Assembly (NCBI GenBank): GCA_043228905.1
Contig: JBHGNT010000014.1
Location: 806,001-870,000 of the forward strand
Origin: Azolla caroliniana
Taxonomy: Eukaryota > Plantae > Polypodiophyta
Direction of reading: 5' to 3'
Length of the DNA: 64,000 nt
Every line of letters begins with the position of its first letter. Positions within the stretch are counted from its first letter, which is position 1. Positions 26,774 through 37,534 of the stretch are shown here, in pieces. The notes under the pieces are model-generated. The model searched no databases, was not told where the DNA came from, and saw only the letters and a list, made by a program, of their open reading frames with translations. Both the position numbers and the translations under genes were made by a program.

Positions 26774-27190
26774 ATGAGCCTAGGCACACTGATTTAACTC
26801 TAGCACATTGACATCTAGAGTGGCATTTGTTGTATCACGAGAAGCACTTATAGCATAAGCCTAGGCACACCAATTAAACTCTTCGCGCACCGACATCTCG
26901 AGTGTCGTTCGTTGTATCATCCATCGGCTTGCGAGTGACAATTCTAACATGAACCTAGATGCACATGATTAAACGCTTAGCACACTGACATGTAGAGTGT
27001 CGTTTGTGTATCATCCATCGGCTTGCGAGTGACAATTCTAACATGAGCCTAGATGTACCGATAAAACTCTTAGCACACCGACATCTAGAGTGTCGTTTGT
27101 GTATGACCCATCAGCTTGCGAGTGACAATTCTAACATGAGCCTAGATGCACCGATTAAACTCTTAGCACATTGAGATAGTTCTTTGTATC
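26774..27190. repeat. Minisatellite of ~4.5 units of ~80-94 bp upstream of the 524-aa gene
   Basis: Recurring unit CATGAGCCTAGATGCACCGATTAAACTCTTAGCACACCGACATCTAGAGTGTCGTTTGTGTATCATCCATCGGCTTGCGAGTGACAATTCTAA. Confidence 0.9.
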
Positions 27191-28539
27191 AGACTCATGC
27201 GAGGCTGACTCAGAATTCTTCACATGATTTGACGTCATTGTCTCCAAATTATGTAGGTATGCATGCTAGATGAGGTCAGGTTAGCTCCATTTAGTTTGGG
27301 GGATTAATCCCATTTCTATATTTGGGATGTAATGTGCGCAAACCAATGGTAACCATAGATCCTTACACATGGTCTTCCAACCTCTAACCTTATGCATACC
27401 CTTTTCAATGCCCTTACAAGATTTGATCGCCTTGATGCGACATGCTCCTTAGGCAACAACTTCTGAGATCATTGAATTTGATTACAAATTATGAAACTTT
27501 TGAACATCGTTTCCATGGTCAAGATGGTTAGCCGGTTCCCAAGTGGCTTTTCCAATCAAGACTTTTTTAACTTCTTTCTTGTTTGCCGAGCATCAAGTTT
27601 CATTGGGGGGGGGGGGGGGGGGTGACACAGGTTGTGAACAAGGATCAAGTTTTCATGATAATACGAGGATTCCAAGTGCAATGTGTGTGGAAGATACCAT
27701 GAATCCAAAAGTGCATGGAGAGGTTAAGTCAAAACACAACTTGGTTAATTTGTTTGATGATGTGGATGGGGTCCAACCGCGCGTCCTCCAATTTGGCACA
27801 AGGGTATGCAGTGGAGTAAAAGCCAAACCATAGCTTCGACCTTGAAATTTGACCGAGTGGCCCCGCCTCAATGATCAACGTGGTCCTTGTGGTATTCTTG
27901 AGTGTGAATTCTCTAGGACCAAGTCTTGATGAATCTCATTCTTTCATAGATGAAAGGATTAATGAACCCCTCAAAGATTTTATTTGTAGTTCACAAAGAA
28001 TAGTGTTGTCATGCAAGTCAAGGAGTGGAAAGTGTTATTGTAAATGAACTCATTGAAAAATAGGAATTGAATGGTAAACCCCCAATCATCTTCCTAACAC
28101 TGAACTTACTATTCCAAGGTATGATTTAATTGTTTTGTTTGTCTATTGGTATAAGGATGGAATGGTGAAGATAGCTTGGCATAGGTCTTGAGCAGCTGAA
28201 ACAATTATTTTAGAAATGGAAGATGGGCGACCAACCAGAATTAGAAATGATGCCATTCAAAATCCTAGAAAGCCGAATAACATTCTCGAGTATTAGATTC
28301 GATGTTCATGAGACAAGCTTAGAACAAGGGATAATGTAAGCCAAATTTGTAAACTCACCATCCACAATCAACTCAAAATAAAACCCTTTGATTGATGGAA
28401 GGTTGATTGAGATTGGGGCTTGGCACTAGTTTTATAGGATTGTAGGGATGATGGTGGGGGGCCTTGGATCGAGCACAAGTGTCCCATACTTCATAAATTT
28501 TTCCCAATTGGCGCCTCTTTCCCAATAGGCGCCTCTAGT

Positions 28540-28747
28540 GAGAGATTCTAGAGAGAAGGTGATTACATAAGCGCCTTCTCCTTCTCTTTGTAATTGTTGG
28601 TCATTCTTGGTTTTCCTTGTAATATAGTTTTCTATTGTTTCTGTAATCTTGAGCTATCTCTCTTTGTCTCTCCCTCCCTCTCTTCACACACACACACACA
28701 CACACACAGTTCTTTCATTGCACAGAATCACTCTCGATTTTTTACAT
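28540..28747 (+). mobile_element. Partial copia LTR remnant related to the 22895-23293 LTR
   Basis: Shares AGAGAAG.TGA.TACATA.GC.CCTTCTCC...TTTGTAA.TGTTGG and TGCACA.AATCACTC...TTACA with that LTR. Confidence 0.65.
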
Positions 28748-28865
28748 ATCATTCATACTTTCTTTGATCTCCTTGGTGACTTGATCAAAGCTTATGCCAT
28801 GATGATATCATATATTATAGTTTTGTTTGTGAAAAGGGAATATGGCGTAAATATTTTGACTTGGT

Positions 28866-31800
28866 CTAGAGAGGGTGACTTGATATAAAGCACCTTCTTC
28901 CTTTGTATGTTGTTGGTTGCTAGTTTATTTTCTTACTCCTTGTTATTATACATTTGAGTCTTTCATCTTCTATCTATCTTGTGTCTCTTCACACACACAC
29001 ACATCTAATCTATTCTGCCGAACATAATTACTCTAGCTAATTATTTACATGGTATTAGAGCGCATTGGTAGTTCAATCTAACTCATTCACGTGTGTTGTG
29101 TTCTACGTCGATGTTCAAGAAGAACCGGCTCATTGCTATCGTAGTGCCACTACATAGCTCATGCCTAAGGAAGAAGAAGCCCATTTGCGCTACCCATTTG
29201 AGTGTCTATGATCACATGCTTCGCTACATTCAGGAAGTCAAGACACCAAAAGAAGCTTGGGAGAATATCAAAAAAGTATTCGCCATCAATATGACAACAT
29301 GAATGCTTCAACTTTGCCAAGAGTTGAACAATGTCCAACAAAGGGACATGTCCCTCACAAGCTAAACCTTGTAGATCAAGGAGCTTTGTGATTCATTCAG
29401 CTCAATAAGCTTCAATGTAGAGGATGATGAAATGGTGCAAATATGCCTAGGCGGCCTCGCACCATGGTTCGGTGCAATGAGAACTGTTGTTCTAGCAATA
29501 GAGAATCCTCCTTCTTTCTTTGATCTTCAATCAATGTTATTGGTTGATGAAAGCCATGTTCAAACCAAAAGCAACGCCTTGGAAATATTCCGATGGGGGT
29601 AGAGGACGCAATTGTAGAAGAAGAGGCCAATTCAGGTAAGGAAGAAGTGGACAAGGACTATCTCATGATGACAACTCCTACTTTCGACAAGATAATGGAA
29701 GTACACGAAGAACCTTCGGAAGACGGGGGAGCTTCCATGCCGGACCAAGCTAGCAAAACAACCCCATCAAATGCGGATACTATGGCAAAATCAGTCACCA
29801 TGAAGAAGAATGAGTTGGCGTCTACAAGTTAGCAACTCACCAATTATGCCACCAACTCGAATACGAGTACTATGGTGGAACGTTTTGATGAGACATAGAG
29901 CAAACTCTATGTCAGCCTCCAATCCAATCAACACCTCTAATTCAGAAGATGTATGGTTTGTCAACTCGAGCATCTCAAATCACATGATGTCTCACTAAGA
30001 ATGGTTTTGTGAATTGAGCACGCCCAATTGACCTGGCTACGTGGAGATTGGGGATGACAATAAACATCTGATTCGACATGTCGGCAATGTCCCATATGGG
30101 AAAGAAGATAACAAAACCTACATCAAGAATGTCTTGCATGTTTCGACCATAACGAAGAATTTGGTTTCAGTCGGCCAAATTGTGGAGTAAGGCATACAAG
30201 TCCGATTCAACCAAGGCAGTTGCTTCATTGAGAAGGAAGGCTGACTCACTCTTGTGGTTGAAGAGAAGGCCAAATGTTTATCCTCATGTCGAACGAGGTA
30301 AAATCGGCCATGTTCGGAAAGGGCCATCAAGCCAACACTAACATAGAGCTATGACACAAAAGAATCGGCCATATCAATCCCTAAAAACCTAAGGGCATGC
30401 AGTCGAAAGGAGTTGTCATTGGACTCCTGATGTTCAAGGATAAGGGAATTGAAGGCATATGTGCAACATGTCAATTCGGCAAACAACATCGACAACCATT
30501 CCCGAAAGAGAGGAATGTAAGCAAAGAACTTCTGGATATAATACATTCAGATGTGTGGGAACCAGCCCAAATGGCAACCTTTGGTGTATGTTGATACTAC
30601 GTCACGTTGATTGATGACTTCTCCAAGCGCACTTGGTATTGGCCATAATTTGCAGGAACATTCGGTGGTCCTTGTGAGAGGCGGAAGGGTCAAAGACTTA
30701 CCCGGTGTGAGGTATCACATCGTTAGAGGAACATTAGATGCTGTGGGGGTAAAGGATCGTAAGAAAGGGCATCCTAGTGCGTTGCAGAGCGTTGTCGCAA
30801 CTTGTATCATCGCAGTGATTCCGTATCAGTTGTTCTGATATGTCGAACGTGTAGCTGACCCAACATTGCCAGGGGACTGAAGCCTGCTACTACAATACAA
30901 GGAGGATTGCCATGAGGCAGAAGAGTGAAGTGTTCGCACACTTCCAACAACTCAAAAGTCGAGTCGAAAAGGAAATAGGTGGGCATGTTTGATGCCTTCG
31001 GTTGGACGGAGGAAAAGAGTACTTCTCCAACGAATTTTCAATCTTTGCAAAGAAGGAATTCGGTGAGAGTTTACATGCTGACACACACCGCAACAAAACG
31101 GAGTGATCGAATGCAAAAGTCAGCACATCCTCGAGGTAGCAAGGGAAATGAAGAAAAAAAAGAATCTTCTGAAATCATACTTGGTAGAAGCAACAAATAC
31201 TGCCATCTACCTCATGAACTGGTGCACAACATCCGGAGTGCACGATGTAACCCTTCATAAAAAATATTACGGAAGAAAGTCGGATCTATCCCATCCACAG
31301 ATATTCAGCACTATTGCATAGGTACACGTCCCGATGAGAAATGATAGAAACTAGACCCAAAATTGAAGAAGTGCATCCTCGTGGTGCACTCACCCGAACA
31401 AAAGGGATATAAGTGCTTCAACCCCTCTACCCGAAAAGTGTGTGTGAGTCAAGATGTCGTATTTGAGGAATCAACATCGTGGTATGAATCTTAGTTGACT
31501 CTGGTCAAACCATTTACGACCAACCTTAACAACACAGAGGTCAATGATAAGTTAAGGTCAATACGTAAGGAGAGTTCGATATCAACTAGATTGGCTGGAC
31601 CATAAGAGCTTCCAAGCAACCGAAACAAAATTTGATGTGTGCTGAACTAAACAAAGGCAAGGCCAAAATGTCGGAATATGAAGATGATCAATCTGACGAC
31701 AGCAAATCGTTTAACTCATTGGATAATGAGTTTGGTGCCTTCGATGTGCCTATTATGAGGACATATGGAGTGAAGAAAGCCATTGCTACAACAAATGAAA

Positions 31801-33887
31801 AACTTTTTTGCTCCACCCGTTAGAAGAACCTCATCAACTTATTTGGCTACAACGACTATATGGCATATCACTATGCCTTTATCATGAAGGTGGCAGAAGA
31901 TCAGGAACCAGAAAGCTTTGCCGAAGCCGCTAAGAACTGTGATGGGTCGAAGCGAGGAACAAGGAGATGTACGCTCACAATAAGAACGAGTGTCCCCCAC
32001 TCACCTCACAAGAAGGCAATTGGCTACAGATGGATATACAAGGTGAAGAATAATGCTGATAGCTTCGTCAACTGCTACAAAGCTCGTCTCATAGTGAAAG
32101 GTTACGCATAGACACATGGAGTTGACTATGAAGAGACATTTTCCCTAGTGGAAAAGATGACAACTATGCGGACCATGATAGCACTTGCAACAGCGAAAGG
32201 GCGGCACCTCCATCAAATGGATGTAAAGGACGCCTTTCTGTAGAGTAAATTACATGAAGAGGTGTATATGGTACAATCACTCGGCTTCAAATCGAGCACA
32301 CATCCAACATCAGTATGTCGACTCAAAAAGCCTCTCTACGGCCTCAAGCAAGCACCCCGAGCATGACACTCGAAGATAACACAATATCTTAATCAAATCG
32401 GCTTTCAGATGTCTAAGTCCGACAACTCATTATTTGTCCGAAACAATGCCAATGATTAGATATTCATCATAATATATGTGGACAACTTGCTAATCAAAGG
32501 AGCACAATTAGCCGACATCAATAACATTAAGATGCTTCTCTCTGGCAAATTCGAGATGTTGGACATGAAAGAGCTCCATTACTTCCTAGGTATTGACGTA
32601 ATTCGGACTCCAGACGGGATAATGATCTGTCAACGACATTATATCCTCCATCAACTCTTCAAGTTTGGGATAACAAAGTGTAAACCCACCGCTACCCCAC
32701 TCGACTGAAACCTCAAACTAGATGCTGACTCCGGCACCATGGACTGTGAGCCGACATACTATTGAGAACTTGTTGATAGTCTTATCTACCTCACAATCAC
32801 TCGACCCGACCTCAACTATCGAGTCGGCCTCCTTAGTCAATCATGCAAACTCCACGAGATATTTATTTAGATGGTGCCAAGGAAGTGTTACAATAGGTGA
32901 GTGGAACAATGGATTACGACATTCTCTATAAGTTGTCCATGCCAATTCAACTAGAAGGGTATTCAGATGCAGATTGGGTTGGCTACAAAGCCGACCGACG
33001 ATCAATTTCGGGCTTCTTATTTTCAATCGATAGCGGAGCCATACCATGGAGCTGTAAGAAGCAACCGACTATTGCATTGTCAAGCAAAGAAGCCAAATAT
33101 AGAGGTGTGGTTGTTGTTGCATGTGAAGCCATATGGCTTAAGAGAATCCTGAAAGACCTTGGCATATCTATCAATGACCCTATCCTTATCTACTGCAACA
33201 ATCTTAGCAACATCCACTTGGCTCAAAACTCGGTATTCCATGCTCAAACAAAGCATATCGAGGTGCACTACCACTTCATTCGGGAACGGGTCATCGTTGG
33301 GCATGTCGAATTGCGACACAATAGTACCAATCTTCAAATGGCCGACATCTTCACGAAAGCATTGGGGACCGACAAGCTTCGGCAATTTTTAGCCAGGCTT
33401 GGCCTTTTGACCTACACTTGCCGAGCTTGAGGGGGAGTGATAACCAACTTGATAACCAACTCAGTCGTGACATAGTTGAGCTTGAAGGGGCGTGTTGAGA
33501 ATCAAACTCAACCTAAGTGTAGTGTGTGAACACACCTTGTTGAGAATGTATGAATACTCAAAGCTCAAAGGTCGCCACTACTTTCTAACATTAACGGGAC
33601 ATTAACTATGTGCCATAGAATCATATTCTATGACACAGAACTAATGACGTTCCATATTCTCCAAGTTTCTAGACAGAGTGGGTTGTTTAGTGAGAGACTG
33701 TGGAGAGGCAGTGACTTGATATAAAGCACCTTCATCCTTTGTATGTTGTTGCTAGTTTATTTTCTTACTCCTTGTTAATATACATTTGAGTCTTTCATCT
33801 TCTATCTATCTTGTGTCTTTTCACACACACACAAAGAAACATCTAATCCATTCCGCCTAACATAAATACTCTAGGTAATTATTTACA
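28866..33887 (+). mobile_element. Near full-length degenerate Ty1/copia (partial 5' LTR to 29049, PBS 29050-29061, gag-PR-INT-RT-RH, 3' LTR 33493-33887)
   Basis: PBS TGGTATTAGAGC; PR WFVNSSISNHM; INT CATCQFGKQHR...IIHSDVW; RT YKARLIVKGY, YVDNLLI; RH YSDADW, TKHIEVHYHFIRE, ADIFTKAL. 28869-29049 matches the 3' part of the 3' LTR. Many stops. Confidence 0.93.
30634..30909 (+). pseudogene. rps12: Nuclear plastid DNA (NUPT): 3' part of plastid rps12 exon 2 plus 5' end of its group II intron
   Basis: Translates [45 protein letters not shown]. The group II 5' splice motif GTGCG follows at 30777, where the plastid rps12 cis intron normally starts. Confidence 0.9.
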
Positions 33888-34540
33888 AGTTGTATTCCCA
33901 AGTTTGGCCATAATGTGTTGGCTCAAAGTATCCTTGCTAAGAGCACGTCTTTGTATTGGTGGAGTTTTGCCCCCATGTTAATATTCTAGGCTAAGGGTTT
34001 GCATTGTCACATACGTAGTTGATGGTGAGTTGTGAGATGGTAGTTACGCACTCTCAAGTTGTCAACCTTACTCGCCCTAATACAACAAAATCTCACTCAC
34101 CTCCCTCTGAAGCTTATTATGGCCTTTTGTAGGCTTAAGAGTTATACACTACAAGTAAATAGATCAAAAGTAATAAGACTAACCAACCTTCTATTGAAGA
34201 GAGTAGCCAAAACAACACATACCAAAGGAGGATTGGTTAGGGTTTGGCTAAATAATACTTAAGACTAATCACTCACTTCACATGTATGAGAATGAGAGAG
34301 AGCCCTAACTTAGATTACTCGGGGAATCAAATACTCAAACATTAAGAAGAAGACCTAAAAAAGCACAAAGTGACTTTTATAGCTGTCTTATGAAATGTTT
34401 TCCCCTTTCACATTTGGGTGGTCATTAGATAGAAACCTCTATGGATATTTGTTATACTCCCCCGTTCTTGGTCTTGCACTTAGTTTTTAGTACCAACATT
34501 GATATCTTCATAGTTCATGCTATTTAGGTAGGTACTTAAC

Positions 34541-36650
34541 TGTTGAGCGGACAAGCTCAACATGATCCGGATCAACTAAATAAGCCAAGCGTCGGATCGG
34601 TGTCCGGTAAGGGGAGCCGGATCCAGGAGGCGAATCGGAGAGTCAGACCCATGTGCAAACCGGTAGGCCGTTGGAGGCCTACGCTCCTACTCTACTAGGT
34701 AGTTATGGTTCTAAGAGTTAGTGTCAGTAGCTCAGTATGAGCATTGAAGTACTTGTCAGTACTTCTATCAGTCCTTTTAAGGACTTGTATAAAAGTCCTC
34801 TATGAGCACATTGTATGTATAGAGTCCATAGAGTATTTCGAATATAGTTTTTGTGTGTTCTGCTCTCTCTATCTCTCCCACATATTCTCTGTGTATTTTG
34901 AAGCTTTCCATTAAACCTTGATTCTAATTTTTGTTGCTATCCGGTAGAACTGATTGTGTCTACAAGCTTCCGCACGTTAACTTTTACATGATATCAGAGG
35001 GCGAGGGTTGAGAATCCTTTGCTGCCGACAAGATTTGCAACACAAACAATCCCTAATACCCGGTAAGAACAAATAGAAGAGAAATGGGTAGAAGCATGGC
35101 AAGCTTGCTTCCGACAGAGAAGCTCGATAGAAGCAACTATGCATCTTGGTCCTACAAGATGCACCAATACCTGCTGGGGCATGACCACTTGAATTATGTC
35201 GAAGGAACAAACGAGGTAGCACCGGAGCCGACACACAAGGACTTCCCGGTATGGGAACAAGCAGCGAGCAGAGTGTTGTACTGTCTCGCATTCTGCGTGC
35301 ACAACCAAATGTTTGACTACGTCAAATAAGAGAAAACGCCGAAGTAAGCTTGGGAAAATCTCAAAAAGATTTTCGCTACAAGTACCACGACCCGAACATT
35401 GTAGCTCCGGCAAGAGCTTACCAACGTTTGGCAAAGGGACATGTCGGTTACAGGCTACACAACGAAGATAAAGGAGATCTGTGATGCACTAGAGTCCATC
35501 AACGTGATAATTTATGAAGATGAGATGGTGCAGATCTACCTCGGTGGTCTAGCGTAGAGGTACGAGCCAATCAAGATGGAGATATGCACCCAGGAGAAGT
35601 CACCGTCCTTCATCGACTTGTAGTCAATGGTGATGGTTGAAGAAAACCATGTGAGTGGGTTGAGGACCACTCAATCGAACAACCGGATGTTGTAGAGGGA
35701 GGCAGATCGGCCTAATGGGCATGGTGGACGAAGTGGATCGTCACGCAACAATGGCAGTCGACAAGAGCAGGAAAGAAGGCATAGAGGTGGTGCCGACAAC
35801 AATTCCGGACCCTCCACAAGCAGGGGGAGTCAAGGTGATGCCAGAAACCGAATGTTGGTATTGTGGCAAAAAAGGCCACTGGGAGAGCGACTGTTGGAAG
35901 AAGCGCGCCGATTTGGACATATCCGGATCTGGCAAGGCTGGACAAGGGAGTCGAAAAAGCCCTCACTACGCCGAAGGATCCAGAATTGGAAAGACTGGAA
36001 AAGGGCCAACCTTTGTGATGAAGCACAAGGCGAACTCAATGAAGAAGACCACCTCACAATTGGATGAGGTGTGGTATGTTGACTCCAGAGCATCAAATCA
36101 CATGACGAGCCATGAAGAATGGTTCTCATACTTAGAGAAACCGGAGCACTAGGGAGTGGTCGAAACCGGAGACAACACTCTGCACCGCAAAGTCCCCATC
36201 AGTCATGTCGAAAAAAGAGGAGTTAATGAATGTGTTACATGTACCGAAAATTATAAAGAACCTGGTATCGGTTGGGCATATCATCAACAAAGGAATGGAA
36301 GTTCGATTCACCCGCCTTAGGTGCTTCATCGAGGAAGAGGTCCAAATTATTGCACAAGGGCGCTAGGATGAGAGGATGTTCATCCTCGACACAAATGATG
36401 TTGGCACCACTTTGTTTGCAAAAGGACAGAAATTCGAATCGGACATTGACTTATGGCACAAGCGGATCGGCCACATCAGCTACCAGAGGCTTCAAGATCT
36501 GCAATTGAAACAAGTGGTATTTGGATTGACAAAATTTAGTGGCCGGAAGGCCCAAAATTGTGACGCCAGCCAGCTAGGGAAGCAAAACCAACTTCCATTC
36601 CCAAACGAGCGAAACCGGAGCCGAAACAAGCTCGACTTGATACATTTGGA
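34541..36650 (+). mobile_element. Truncated Ty1/copia 5' portion (LTR 34541-34988, PBS ~34989-35000, gag, PR, start of INT)
   Basis: LTR TGTTGA...TTTACA; degenerate Met PBS TGATATCAGAG; gag MASLLPTEKLDRSNYASWSYKM (same family as 18475-18804); CWYCGKKGHWESDC; WYVDSRASNHM; breaks off at LDLIH. Confidence 0.88.
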
Positions 36651-37534
36651 ATGTAGCATTACAAGGGAGGACAATCGACACTATATGAAGTAGGAGGAGG
36701 GTGCTTTATATATAGTCACCCTCTCTCTTCCTTAACTAACTATAACAACCACTCTCTCTTGGGGAATGTGAAGACTCATTAGACATGGGGAATATGAAAC
36801 TCATTAGTTATGTATCATAGAATATGATTTTATGACACATAGTTAATGTGTAGAGAGTAGTGGTGTGACTTTTGACCTTTGAGTGCACATAGATTCTCAA
36901 AGGGTGTGTTCACACACAAGGTTAGGTTGAGTTTGATTCTCCACACGCCCCCTCAAGCTCAACTCGGGTCAGTTCCTTTCGATTGATGTCCGCTTCAGCT
37001 GGTACTTGGTTCAGATGGTATCTGGTTCTCTCTTGTACTCACCCTCAAACTTGGCAAGTCAGGGATCATCAATCCAAGGTATGACATGAATTTCCGAAGC
37101 TTGTTGGCTCCTAGGGCTTTGGTGAAGATGTCAGTTGTTTGAAGAGTCGTATTGATGTGTTGAAGGTCGACATCTCTTGCCTGAATGTGCTCTCGAATGA
37201 AGTGATAATGCACTTCGATATGCTTTGTGTGTGCGTGGAACACGGGGTTCTGAACCAAATAAATACTGATCATGTTGCCGTAGTAAAGGGGAGTCAGATC
37301 CTTGATGGGAACGCCCAAATACTTCAAAATCCTCTTGAGCCATATGGCTTCACATGCAACCACAACCGTGCCCCTGTATTCAGCCTTTGTGCTCGCTGCC
37401 GAGGGAGAAAATGAATACGGAGGTTGATCTTTGGTTGGCTCTATAGCCGGCCCGATCGGGATCTGTGTATCCTTTGCGTCGAATTGATGTGGCTGATTTG
37501 TAGAGAATACCACAATACATTGTGCCGCTCACGT

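Noticed and set aside
26774-27190. CRISPR-like appearance of the regularly spaced repeats
   Set aside because: Whole units repeat with no unique spacers, there are no cas genes, and the context is eukaryotic nuclear DNA.
27300-28500. Possible old TE coding remnant (also 33890-34500 and 58200-60050)
   Set aside because: No motif I can identify with confidence; left unannotated.
30611-30838. Functional nuclear-transferred rps12 gene
   Set aside because: Only the C-terminal part is present, with no targeting sequence, a retained group II intron fragment and an R to H change, inside a dead TE.
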